A stretch of DNA of 64,000 nucleotides. Source: a virus (Duplodnaviria; Caudoviricetes). The notes under the pieces were generated by a model that worked only from the letters and a program-made list of their open reading frames with translations, was not told where the DNA came from and searched no databases. Where the stretch lies: positions 27,960 through 91,959 of the IMG/VR virus record IMGVR_UViG_3300009694_000016; one strand, written 5' to 3'. The position numbers were made by a program, and so were the translations under genes. This document shows, in pieces, positions 40,126-49,863 of the stretch (position 1 is the stretch's first letter; every line of letters begins with the position of its first letter).

Positions 40126-40179
40126 CTTCTTTGATTTTATTTTTATTTATTTATATATTAAATAAATAAATTGAAATTT

Positions 40180-40872
40180 TTAAGCATTGAGAAAATCAAG
40201 ACATTCCTCATCGAAATATTCGGATTGCTTTGTTGGGTCCTCACCACCGCCCCATCCAGCGTTTTGTTTTTTGCTGAATTTATGATCAAATCTTACCAAA
40301 TACATTGGATTAAAACTTCCCCAATAATCTATAACCACTCCTTTTTTACCTACAAATTCTTTTTTGTTTACTGTTTCGTATTCGTTTCGATCTATTTGAA
40401 TTTCATAAGGGATTGCTGCTTTATCGTTAATCACAACAGAATCACCAGGCTTAAATTTATATTTTAATTTATTTCGACTTAATCCATATTTTTTATAAAC
40501 ATCCCATCTTGGATGTCTCCACGATTCTTTTTTATTTTCTTCACATTCTTCTTTTGTTTTAAACATATTTTCTTCGTCTGCATGAAGAACTATTTCTTTT
40601 GACTCGTCTGGTGTGCCCCAATCCTCTTCACCGTAAGGATCTTCTTTTGAATAAATTCTTTCGCTTGGTTTAATAGTACTACTCAAATCATAAGACCATA
40701 TGTATGGATAATTTTCTGGAGTGCGATGGACACCAAATATTTCATAATAACCACTTCGATCCGTTGACATACTCAAAGGATCATATTCATAATAAACAAT
40801 ATCACCTTTTTTATATTTAGCGTCGCTGAAATTTATATTTTCTAATATATATTCACAATATTTTTTGATCAT
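40180..40872 (-). CDS. Hypothetical; CTS-like N-terminus, two KOW/SH3-like modules, DPYGEEDW tag
   Basis: Likely start MIKKYCEYILE at 40872; YKKGDIV, FKPGDSV. Confidence 0.6.
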   Translation of the reverse strand: MIKKYCEYILENINFSDAKYKKGDIVYYEYDPLSMSTDRSGYYEIFGVHRTPENYPYIWSYDLSSTIKPSERIYSKEDPYGEEDWGTPDESKEIVLHADEENMFKTKEECEENKKESWRHPRWDVYKKYGLSRNKLKYKFKPGDSVVINDKAAIPYEIQIDRNEYETVNKKEFVGKKGVVIDYWGSFNPMYLVRFDHKFSKKQNAGWGGGEDPTKQSEYFDEECLDFLNA

Positions 40873-40889
40873 GAACTTATATATTGATT

Positions 40890-41852
40890 TTATATTTTGA
40901 GAAAGTTGAGGCATTCTTGGAGAATTTTATCGGGATGCGAACGATATTCAGAATCCCAAACTACATGAACGGAGAACCCATTTTCTTCTGCTACTTCCAA
41001 TTTTCTTTTATCTTTTTCCCAAATTTGTTCGGCCGTATATTGTTTTCTGAACGGGTGAGAAATATCGTCCTTTTCAAAATAATTTGGATTGGCATGATAT
41101 TCATCGCCGTTATACTCTATCATTTTTTTATTTTTCAAATCTGTATAATCATATATCCATATACCGCCTTCTTTTTTAGGTAAATTAAATTCTTTGTTTT
41201 TAGTGGCAAAAAATATATTTTTATGATCTTGAAAATCGTAATTTTTTAGTATGTCATAAAATAAAATTTGAGAAGATTTTGAAAATCCGTGTTTCAAATT
41301 GCCGTTATCGTTTAAGCTTTTTTGCCATTTTTTCTGCCTTTCACTAAAAATTTCTCTGCCTTTTTCTTCTCCGTATTTTTCTATACATTTCTTCAAAGTG
41401 AAGGTTTTCTGTCTATTGGCTAACATTTTTTCGGATTCTTCTTCTGTATAACCTCTAGATATATAGTATTCTATTCTCATTGGTCTTTTCTCTGGGGGTA
41501 TTTCTTTTTGAACTTTTCTAGCAAACTCTAAAGCTTCATTTTCATCTTTATATTTAATAAAATGTTTAGAGAAAGGACTTCTACTTTTTCTCTCTTCTTC
41601 TGTGGCCTTTGCTTTACTGTTTGGGTTGTTTTCACCACTAAACATTTCGGAAAACATTTTTTTATATTTTTCCTGTTTCATGTGTTTTCCAGAATTTTTA
41701 GTGGTATTTTTATTATCCGATTTATTATAAAGCGGAGCACCAGGATATAATTTTAAATATTCTTTTGATGTTAAACCGTGACTTTTGAGATGCCTACCAT
41801 AAATTCTTGTAGATTGTTTGCCACAAATTTTACAAGTAATCAAATCTTCCAT
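40890..41852 (-). CDS. Free-standing homing endonuclease-like protein (PD-(D/E)XK)
   Basis: CKICG...HLKSH zinc finger, GENNPNS NUMOD-like, YDY...IEYNGDEYHANP...VVWDSE; directly downstream of terL N-part. Confidence 0.75.
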   Translation of the reverse strand: MEDLITCKICGKQSTRIYGRHLKSHGLTSKEYLKLYPGAPLYNKSDNKNTTKNSGKHMKQEKYKKMFSEMFSGENNPNSKAKATEEERKSRSPFSKHFIKYKDENEALEFARKVQKEIPPEKRPMRIEYYISRGYTEEESEKMLANRQKTFTLKKCIEKYGEEKGREIFSERQKKWQKSLNDNGNLKHGFSKSSQILFYDILKNYDFQDHKNIFFATKNKEFNLPKKEGGIWIYDYTDLKNKKMIEYNGDEYHANPNYFEKDDISHPFRKQYTAEQIWEKDKRKLEVAEENGFSVHVVWDSEYRSHPDKILQECLNFLKI

Positions 41853-41918
41853 ACGAACTATTCTTTATTCGTATATATAAAAATAATTATGGCTTAAAGT
41901 CAAAAAAGTAAAAGTATT

Positions 41919-42467
41919 TTAAATTTTTTCTAAAATTTTGTACAAAAAAAGTTTTATTTTTTCAAGAAAAGTTAATTTGCGATTTTCTGATAACTTATCA
42001 TAATAAAGTCTCCCTATACAAATAGAAAATATATCCCCGGTTAGATCGTCTTTGCATAACAGCTTGGTATTCAATGAGATACATTTTCCAATTTGACGTG
42101 ACGCCATTAAAATACTATAACGATTTTCAGTATATAATTTAATAATATCCTTTTGATAATCTCTTAGTGTCATTTGACCTATACTACCATCCTCGAGTTT
42201 AATCTTACAATAATGTTCGGCAAAATAATAAACAGACAATTTACATCTTATGTATTCTTCTATTTCAGCTTGAGTCATGGCGAATTTTATGCCCTTTCTT
42301 CTAACACCCTCATTTGAATTGAACCATAGTCTTTCTGTTCGCTTCAAAGGAAGAGCCATGCTCTCTTTTTCTATAATTTCTTTTACTTTTTCTGTTGTGA
42401 TGATATTGGTTTCATCTGTCTTGGAATCCTTTTGTGCGTTGGCTATATTCTTTTTTGGTCTTGCCAT
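41919..42467 (-). CDS. terL: Terminase large subunit, N-terminal part, followed by the N-half of a split intein
   Basis: EYIRC...YFAEHYCKI...LRDYQ (Q motif), truncated Walker A SRQIGK, then CISLNT intein block A. Confidence 0.9.
   Translation of the reverse strand: MARPKKNIANAQKDSKTDETNIITTEKVKEIIEKESMALPLKRTERLWFNSNEGVRRKGIKFAMTQAEIEEYIRCKLSVYYFAEHYCKIKLEDGSIGQMTLRDYQKDIIKLYTENRYSILMASRQIGKCISLNTKLLCKDDLTGDIFSICIGRLYYDKLSENRKLTFLEKIKLFLYKILEKI
41922..42083 (-). mobile_element. Split intein, N-fragment (54 aa)
   Basis: CISLNTKL...SICIGRLY block A pattern immediately after GK. Confidence 0.8.
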
Positions 42468-42666
42468 AATTTTTATTTCTTTTTAAAAATCTAGAAATTT
42501 TTATTGATATATATAAAAACAATCATGACCAATTTTATGACCTATTTTTTAATACAAACATTATACCTACTATTTTTCAAAAATTATTAAACCTTATATT
42601 GAAGTTAGTATATAAACTTATCAATAAGTATATGGCTATGCTATATAAAAAAAATAAATATTAAAT

Positions 42667-43401
42667 ATGTTTGATCCAAAAGATGAAGAATTCGAAAATT
42701 TAAATAATGATGATGAAATAAAAGAAGAATTAATAGAAGAAGACCTTTTGATACAAGAGGAATTCAAAGAAGAGTTTTCAGATGAATCGGATAACGCTGA
42801 CGCGGAAGTAACAGAGGAAGATATTTCAAATACAATTGATTATGAAGAAGATTCTGAAAGCGAACTGGACACGTGGTTTAAATACGGAACTAATAATCAC
42901 AAACTTGATGGAAAACATAGTTTAAAAAGAGACACTATTTTAAATGGAAGAATAGTCGAAACTTCAAATGACGCGGATGATGAAATTTATACTAATAGCG
43001 GCGGTAATGTTTTGGAGTTAGATGTTTACGATTTTGGAGACATACCAATAGAAAAGGGGAGCGTTTTTGAAGAAGAAAGCAAAAAGGCTGATGAAGTACA
43101 TAATAAAAGAAAATTATCAGAAGACGTATATCATTTATTAAAAAAGAATACAGATCTTGATTTTAGAGCTAATAGAAGAAAACCAAATAAAACAACATTT
43201 AACAATTACTATAAAATGTTGTTAGCTAATATAGATAAACAATATACTCAGTGTGAAATATTCACAGAGTTGGCTTATTATTTCACGGATAATATTTTTA
43301 ATATGTATAAATTGCTGGACAAAAAGTATGCAACAGCAATAATTAAAGAATTGCGTGAAAAAGGATTCTTAAATAATCTAGAATCTATAAATTTTCGATA
43401 A
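42667..43401 (+). CDS. Hypothetical acidic protein
   Basis: 244 aa, E/D-rich N-terminus. Confidence 0.6.
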   Translation: MFDPKDEEFENLNNDDEIKEELIEEDLLIQEEFKEEFSDESDNADAEVTEEDISNTIDYEEDSESELDTWFKYGTNNHKLDGKHSLKRDTILNGRIVETSNDADDEIYTNSGGNVLELDVYDFGDIPIEKGSVFEEESKKADEVHNKRKLSEDVYHLLKKNTDLDFRANRRKPNKTTFNNYYKMLLANIDKQYTQCEIFTELAYYFTDNIFNMYKLLDKKYATAIIKELREKGFLNNLESINFR

Positions 43402-43454
43402 ACTTCCTTTAAGTTAAAAGTTATATAATATACTAAAAAAATTAATTGTAGAAT

Positions 43455-46400
43455 ATGAAAGGTAATCAATTTACAAATGAGCTGAGTCTTGAAATATACG
43501 AACACACGTATAAATATGGAGACGAAACTATAGAAACTACTCAAAGAAGAGTCGCTGAAGATATATCTTCAGTTGAAAAAGACAGAGAACTATGGACTAA
43601 CAAATTCCTAGAAATACTTGAAGATTTTAAGTTTGTTCCTGGTGGAAGAATAATATCAAACGCTGGTACCAAAATCAGAGGAACTACGTATATTAATTGC
43701 TTTGTCGACGGGTTTGTTGGCAAACATCAAGATTCTGTATCAGGAATACTCGAAGCGCTTCGTCGACAGGCATTCATTTTAAAATCAGAAGGAGGTTATG
43801 GTTTTTGTGCAGATGTTATGAGACCTAGGGGTGGATACATCGAAGGAATAGCCAATGATACTCCAGGGGCTGTAAAATGGCTAGATAATTGGAACACACA
43901 ATCTGATGTTATTACTGCTGGGAGTGGTAGAAGATCAGACAACAAAAAAGCAAAACAGAAGATCAGAAAGGGCGCTCAAATGGTCACAATGTCTTGCTGG
44001 CATCCAGATATTGAAGAATTTATTACAGCTAAACAAACTCCAGGAAGATTGGATAAATTTAATATGAGTGTTTTAATTGCAGATGATTTCATGAACGCAG
44101 TTATAGCCAATCAAAAATGGGATTTAATTTTTCCAGATTTTGATAAAGCTAAAGAAGTTTACAATGAAACATGGGACGGAAATCTGAAAAAGTGGGTGGA
44201 AGAAGGTCATCCAGTAAAAATTTATAAAACTTTCAAAGATGCTAATGAATTATGGGATCTTATAATGAAATCCACTTATAATAGAAATGAGCCTGGTGTT
44301 CTTTTTGTAGATACAATGAATAGATTGAATAACCTTTCATATTGCGAGTATATTAATTCCACAAATCCCTGCTTGGCTGGAGATACCATAATAGCCGTTG
44401 CTGACGGGAGGATGAATGTAAGTATAAAACAATTAGCAGAAGAAGGTAAAGATGTACCTGTTTATTGTTTAGATGAAAAAGGCAATTTATCAATAAAAAT
44501 CATGAGAAATCCAAGAATAACTGGATATGATCAACAGATTTATAAGATAAATATTGAAAATGGACATTCAATCAGAGTAACAGGAAATCATAAGTTTAGA
44601 CTTAGAAACGGGGAATATGTAGAAGCTAAGGATTTAAAACCAGGTGATAGTCTTCATTTATTAACTAAATATGAAGCATCTATAAAAGAAATATTTCCCG
44701 GTGCCAATTCTAGAAGTTCTGATTATTATTGGTTAAATAACGGAGATTTTAAAGTTAACAAGTCCGAACATAGGTTTATTTATGATAATTTGATTGGAAA
44801 AATTGGAGAGGGGAACGTTATTCATCACAAGGACTTTAATAGTTTAAATAATTCTATTGATAATTTATTAGAAATGAATAAGAAAGATCATGATGAATAT
44901 CATAGTAAAGATATGTTAGGTGAAAAAAATCCATATCACAAAATGTCAGATGAATGGAAATTAAATTTTGCCTCACATAAAGGGGAAACAAATTCTAAAT
45001 ACATTAACATTACTAATGAAGAATTGAAAAATCATGGTATAAATTTAACCAAAAAATTAAATAGAAGATTTTCGAATAAAGAATGGATGGAATATGCTAA
45101 AGAACATAATCTACCTCAACAGTTCTCTAATTTTAGAAGATCTGAATTGGGCAGTGTTATAGAATTTTCAAAAAAAATATCATCTGAGATAAAAATAGAC
45201 GAAAAATTAATATCAATGGATCCTAGACTCGTCAAAACTTATAACAAAGCTTTAGATGATGGATATAATGTTAAAATAGAAAATAATGAAGTTTATGTTG
45301 AAAAAACTTGTGAAACTTGCGGAGAAGAATTCTGGACAAAATATTTCACAAGAGAAATTTCTTTTTGTTCTATTAAATGTTCTACTCAATATTTAAACAC
45401 TAACGAAGAAATTAAAAATAAGAGAAAAATAAGCAGTGATAAATATTATAACAATAACTCAAAATTAAATAAAGTTAAACAACTAAATGTTTTTACAGAA
45501 TTGAGAATGAATTTAAAAAGAGATCCTTTTGTAAAAGAATGGGAAGATGAATGCTCTAATAAGAACATCCCCCATAGATTAAATACAAAAAGAGGATTTA
45601 AAAATTTTTCTGAATTAAAAGAAAACGCTGAAGTTTATAATCATAGGGTAATTTCAGTAGAACTAGATAACATTGAAAATGTTTATAATGGAACCGTAGA
45701 TCAATACCATAACTTCTTTTCCGGTGAATTTAAAGAATTTACAAAATCTGGAAAAAATAAATATTTGTATATCAATCAAATGCAATGCGGCGAACAAATT
45801 CTACCCATTGGTGGTGTTTGTCTTTTAGGAAATCTTAATCTTACTCAATTTATCAAAGAAGATCTATCTGGATGGGATTATGACAAATTGAAAGAAATTA
45901 TACCCACTGCTATTCGTTTTATGGATAATGTAAATGATCTTACCTATGTGCCATTGGAAGATCAGAAACAAAATCTTAAAAACAAACGTAGAATAGGTCT
46001 TGGAATTCTTGGTTATGGAAGTGCTCTTTTAATAATGAAAAAAAGATATGGTAGCCCCGAAGCTCTTAAAATTACTGAAGAATTGATGAGTTTTATAGCA
46101 AATACTGCCTATCAATCATCAGCATTGTTAGCTGAAGAAAAGGGAGCTTTCCTACTTTATGACACTGATAAATATTCAAAGAGTAATTATCTTAAAGTAT
46201 TATCAAAAGAAACAAAAGATTTGATCAAGAAACATGGAATTAGAAATTCACATTTACTTTCAATTCAACCAACGGGTAACAGCTCGATCCTCGCAAATGT
46301 TGCTTCGGGTGGATTGGAGCCAGTGTTCCTTTTTGAATATGTCAGAACAGTTATTCAACCATATGCTCCAGACGGTCTTGCTCTTCCACAAAATGTTGAT

Positions 46401-47402
46401 TGGATTAATCAGACATTCACTGGAAATCAAAATTGGAAATGGATTAAGGAAGGCGACGAAAACATGCTTAAAATAGAATTCAACGGAGATGTCTATAAAT
46501 ATGATAGAGGTCGTGGAATTTTAAAGGAATCAGTGGTTAAAGATTATGGTGTTCGTTTCTTAGAAGAAAGAGGCGAATGGGATAATTCGGCTGATTGGGC
46601 TTCAAATATAAATAATCTAAAAATAGAAGAACATATTAATACTATGAAAACCATTTCTAAGTATATAGATTCTTCTATGAGTAAAACAATAAATCTTCCT
46701 AATGATTATAAATATGAAGATTTCAAGCATGTTTATATTGATCTTTATAAAAGTGGCACTATAAAAGGTGGTACTACTTATAGAGCCGGAACAATGGCTA
46801 CAGTTATAAAGAAAAAAGAAGAAGACGCTGTTTCCATTCCACAAGAAAACAACGCTCCAAAACGTCCTAAGGTTTTAGATTGTGACGTTATTAGATTTAC
46901 TAATAAAGGCGAAAAATGGATCGGTTTTATAGGTATTAAAGATAACGAACCTTATGAAATATTTACAGGTTTTGCCGAATCTTTTGTTGTTCCTTCTTGG
47001 GTAGAAAGAGGACAAATAAGAAAAGAAAAAGTTAAAAATAAAGATGGTGTTCTTGTATCAAGATACGACTTTGTTTACGTTGATAGAGAGGGATATGAAG
47101 TAATAATGACAGGACTGAATAGAGCTTTCCAACGTGAATATTGGAATATTGGTAAAATGACAAGTGCGTTGCTTCGTCATAGAATACATCTTCCATCAGT
47201 CATTAATATCATAGAATCTTTGAATTTAGACGGTGATGTTATGGGAACTTGGAAGAAAGGTATGATAAGAATGCTTAGAAAGTATGTAAAAGAAGATAAA
47301 AATGATGGTGTAGCTACTTGCGATAATTGCGGATCGACAAATCTTCTTTTCAAAGAAAATTGTGTATCTTGTTTAGATTGCAATTGGCAAAAATGTGAAT
47401 AA
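43455..47402 (+). CDS. nrdJ: Class II (adenosylcobalamin-dependent) ribonucleotide reductase with intein
   Basis: PGGRI, NCFV, EPGVLFVD, NP|...|CGEQ, CLLGNLNL, RRIGLG, IQPTG, SKTINLP, TTYR, C-terminal CxxC...CxxC. Confidence 0.88.
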   Translation: MKGNQFTNELSLEIYEHTYKYGDETIETTQRRVAEDISSVEKDRELWTNKFLEILEDFKFVPGGRIISNAGTKIRGTTYINCFVDGFVGKHQDSVSGILEALRRQAFILKSEGGYGFCADVMRPRGGYIEGIANDTPGAVKWLDNWNTQSDVITAGSGRRSDNKKAKQKIRKGAQMVTMSCWHPDIEEFITAKQTPGRLDKFNMSVLIADDFMNAVIANQKWDLIFPDFDKAKEVYNETWDGNLKKWVEEGHPVKIYKTFKDANELWDLIMKSTYNRNEPGVLFVDTMNRLNNLSYCEYINSTNPCLAGDTIIAVADGRMNVSIKQLAEEGKDVPVYCLDEKGNLSIKIMRNPRITGYDQQIYKINIENGHSIRVTGNHKFRLRNGEYVEAKDLKPGDSLHLLTKYEASIKEIFPGANSRSSDYYWLNNGDFKVNKSEHRFIYDNLIGKIGEGNVIHHKDFNSLNNSIDNLLEMNKKDHDEYHSKDMLGEKNPYHKMSDEWKLNFASHKGETNSKYINITNEELKNHGINLTKKLNRRFSNKEWMEYAKEHNLPQQFSNFRRSELGSVIEFSKKISSEIKIDEKLISMDPRLVKTYNKALDDGYNVKIENNEVYVEKTCETCGEEFWTKYFTREISFCSIKCSTQYLNTNEEIKNKRKISSDKYYNNNSKLNKVKQLNVFTELRMNLKRDPFVKEWEDECSNKNIPHRLNTKRGFKNFSELKENAEVYNHRVISVELDNIENVYNGTVDQYHNFFSGEFKEFTKSGKNKYLYINQMQCGEQILPIGGVCLLGNLNLTQFIKEDLSGWDYDKLKEIIPTAIRFMDNVNDLTYVPLEDQKQNLKNKRRIGLGILGYGSALLIMKKRYGSPEALKITEELMSFIANTAYQSSALLAEEKGAFLLYDTDKYSKSNYLKVLSKETKDLIKKHGIRNSHLLSIQPTGNSSILANVASGGLEPVFLFEYVRTVIQPYAPDGLALPQNVDWINQTFTGNQNWKWIKEGDENMLKIEFNGDVYKYDRGRGILKESVVKDYGVRFLEERGEWDNSADWASNINNLKIEEHINTMKTISKYIDSSMSKTINLPNDYKYEDFKHVYIDLYKSGTIKGGTTYRAGTMATVIKKKEEDAVSIPQENNAPKRPKVLDCDVIRFTNKGEKWIGFIGIKDNEPYEIFTGFAESFVVPSWVERGQIRKEKVKNKDGVLVSRYDFVYVDREGYEVIMTGLNRAFQREYWNIGKMTSALLRHRIHLPSVINIIESLNLDGDVMGTWKKGMIRMLRKYVKEDKNDGVATCDNCGSTNLLFKENCVSCLDCNWQKCE
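44370..45785 (+). mobile_element. Cis intein (472 aa) with HNH homing endonuclease, ending in Gln
   Basis: CLAGDT block A, RVTGNHKF block B, IHHKDFNSLNNSIDNL HNH, VYNGTVDQYHNF block F, INQMQ|C end; removal restores NPCGE. Confidence 0.9.
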
Positions 47403-47416
47403 ATTCCTAAATCAAG

Positions 47417-47448
47417 AAAAAACCCAGTCAATTTTGACTGGGTTTTTT
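47417..47448. terminator. Bidirectional intrinsic terminator
   Basis: aaaaaacccagtcaa-tt-ttgactgggtttttt. Confidence 0.85.
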
Positions 47449-47470
47449 ATTTTTGGATTTTTAAATTCTA

Positions 47471-47698
47471 TCATGTTTTCTTTTTTACAGTTTTCTTTTT
47501 TGTAGTTTTATTTTCTTTTGTTTCGTCTTTTTCTTTCTTTTTTCTCGGTTTAACCATAGGTTCATATCGTGTATATCCTCTCTTTTCAATACAATTCATA
47601 CAATAAGAATCATAATGATTTTCTTTATATACCCAATATAAATCTTTATATTCAAAAAATTCGACACATCCTGTACAAAGACATTCTTTTACTATCAT
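47471..47698 (-). CDS. Small Cys-rich protein with basic tail
   Basis: CTGC...CMNC; Lys-rich C-terminus. Confidence 0.55.
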   Translation of the reverse strand: MIVKECLCTGCVEFFEYKDLYWVYKENHYDSYCMNCIEKRGYTRYEPMVKPRKKKEKDETKENKTTKKKTVKKKT

Positions 47699-47777
47699 CT
47701 TTTATGTTTTTATTTATGATAATTATTTATTTTTATTTTAGAATACAAAAATAATAAAATATTTCGAATAAAAAAAT

Positions 47778-47805
47778 AAAAAAAGGAGAGGTAATCCTCT
47801 CCTTT
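47778..47805 (-). terminator. Intrinsic terminator after helicase
   Basis: aaaggagagg-taat-cctctccttt hairpin with U-tract on the minus strand. Confidence 0.8.
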
Positions 47806-47808
47806 CAA

Positions 47809-49155
47809 TTATTTACTATCTTCCATTATATCATTTTCTATATTAAGAAATTTTGGATGGAAGTCAAATAATATAGTTTCTTCTTTATGATCTCCATCAC
47901 GGAGTTTAAGAATTTTTAATCTATATTTGTTATGTTTTTTCATTTCTGTATTACGAATAATTCCCCACACACTATCAGCAGTTTCCGCAACAGCTTTACT
48001 CTCTGGAATATCGTTTAATTTAATATCATTTGCTCCCCAAACTGCTCTATCTACTTGAGTGGCTGTTATTAGAGCCATATTGAATTTATCAGCTAGATAT
48101 CTAAGACCTTCAGCCAAATGCTTACCTTTCATATAAAGATTAGTTCCAATATCTTTATGCAATTTGTCAACAGACATAAGATTTATATAGTCTATTACTA
48201 TTAAATCAATATCTACAGCTTTAACTTCTTCCAATTTGGTAAGATAATTATCAATGTCTGTTATGGTACAATCACCGGTGTTAAACTTTTTAACAAAGAT
48301 TTTTCCTGGAGCTTCTGTATTAAATAAACCATTTCCTTGATTTTTAAGAAGATTGATCCTATTTTTTATGAAAGTGGAATCTTTGCTGACTTCATCATAT
48401 TCATCGACATCAATTTTTAAACGCATCGCACCAATACGTTTCATAACTTTTCTTTGTGACATTTCTACAGTTATGATAGCAACATTTTTCCCCATATTCG
48501 CCGCGTTACATGCTATATTATACAGCCACATTGATTTTCCAACATTTGTTTCTCCCATAAGGACATTAAATGTTGCTTTATCCCAACCACCATGTAAAAT
48601 TAAATCAACGTTTCCCCATCCACTTGGAATTTTATTTTTAGAAGTGTCTTGTTTATGAGCTTCGGGATCATCGAAATCTGCTCCCAGATCTTCATCGTCA
48701 TCGTCCAATAAGGAAAGTTCGTGACTCATCGAACGAAGTCTTGAAGTAACATCTGTGATGTTATCATAATCCAAATCTTTAAGATTTCTTATTAATTCTA
48801 TTCCTTCATAGATATTATTTTTAATAAGATTTGATTGTCGCCAGGCTTTAAATTTCTTCTCCAACCAATCTTGGTCGTGAACACTATTATCATTTTTAAG
48901 TATGGCTTTTATAACATTATTCGAGACTTTTTCTTCGGGGTCGCGAAGTTTTATCATTGCAACTATTTGTTGCGGCGTAGGTGTTTTTTTATTTTTAGAG
49001 ACGCTGAACTCGTCTCTAACTACTCTATAAATAAATTGAATATCCTCATTCTTAAAAAATTCGGGGTTAACTTTGTAAAACTGTGTAGGATGATCTAATA
49101 CCCATGTGAAGAAGAATTTCTCCATTTGAGCATTCATTACCTCTTTTTCATTCAT
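47809..49155 (-). CDS. DnaB-like replicative helicase (T4 gp41-like)
   Basis: GETNVGKS Walker A, ITVEMS, IVIDYINLM Walker B, TATQVDR, KLRDG. Confidence 0.92.
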   Translation of the reverse strand: MNEKEVMNAQMEKFFFTWVLDHPTQFYKVNPEFFKNEDIQFIYRVVRDEFSVSKNKKTPTPQQIVAMIKLRDPEEKVSNNVIKAILKNDNSVHDQDWLEKKFKAWRQSNLIKNNIYEGIELIRNLKDLDYDNITDVTSRLRSMSHELSLLDDDDEDLGADFDDPEAHKQDTSKNKIPSGWGNVDLILHGGWDKATFNVLMGETNVGKSMWLYNIACNAANMGKNVAIITVEMSQRKVMKRIGAMRLKIDVDEYDEVSKDSTFIKNRINLLKNQGNGLFNTEAPGKIFVKKFNTGDCTITDIDNYLTKLEEVKAVDIDLIVIDYINLMSVDKLHKDIGTNLYMKGKHLAEGLRYLADKFNMALITATQVDRAVWGANDIKLNDIPESKAVAETADSVWGIIRNTEMKKHNKYRLKILKLRDGDHKEETILFDFHPKFLNIENDIMEDSK

Positions 49156-49222
49156 TCATTCTTAATTATTTTTTCGTCTTTTGAAGACAGCTATCCCACA
49201 TCAATGCCTTTTACATTATATC
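49127..49222. repeat. 96-bp direct repeat, copy 1 (helicase leader and first codons)
   Basis: Matches 49695-49790 with one mismatch. Confidence 0.9.
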
Positions 49223-49399
49223 TAAATTATATTAAAGTGATTAAATTATTCTATAGGATTATTCTTATCAAAATCTTCTCTTAATAATTTTAAAAGTCCA
49301 TTCAATTGATTTTCACTTAAAGGTTTTCCATCTTTGGTATGAACAAAAAGTGGAAGACTATCTAAAAATTTACGTTCTCTTTCTTCTTCTGTCATATTT

Positions 49400-49723
49400 T
49401 TAATTAATAAGTTCTCTGTGAAATCTTCCTAGTTCCATCATTCTTACCATAGATTCTCCTAATATTTTTCTTTGTTCTTTCTGTTCCAAATATTCATCGT
49501 CTATGTATTTGATATCAATTATTTCCATTCTATTGTGTGGAATATATACACCACTCCAACCTCCTTCTGGAACACCAGTATAGTTCATTCCTTTTCCTTC
49601 GGCCGACCAATGGGCGAATCCGACGTGCCTATCATCCCAAAACAGTTTGAATTTTATAAAATAAAATTGATTGTTCATTTTTAATTTATCCGTCTGAGCA
49701 TTCATTACCTCTTTTTCATTCAT
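49400..49723 (-). CDS. Hypothetical sharing its first 10 aa with the helicase
   Basis: MNEKEVMNAQ start from the duplicated segment. Confidence 0.55.
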   Translation of the reverse strand: MNEKEVMNAQTDKLKMNNQFYFIKFKLFWDDRHVGFAHWSAEGKGMNYTGVPEGGWSGVYIPHNRMEIIDIKYIDDEYLEQKEQRKILGESMVRMMELGRFHRELIN

Positions 49724-49790
49724 TCATTCTTAATTATTTTTTCGTCTTTTGAAGACAGCTATCCCACATCAATGCCTTGTACATTATATC
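49695..49790. repeat. 96-bp direct repeat, copy 2
   Basis: Matches 49127-49222 with one mismatch. Confidence 0.9.
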
Positions 49791-49863
49791 AAATTATTTT
49801 TAATAAGATGAAAAAATTATCGGTCAAGACGAAAGCAATCTAACGGATTCGCATTATAATTAT

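Noticed and set aside
27618-42467. Terminase halves as pseudogenes or exons of an intron
   Set aside because: Both ORFs are intact with catalytic motifs and complementary intein blocks; genes on both strands intervene.
49127-49790. Diversity-generating retroelement TR/VR pair or IS ends
   Set aside because: Only one mismatch, repeat covers a leader and not a C-terminus, no reverse transcriptase or transposase in the window.
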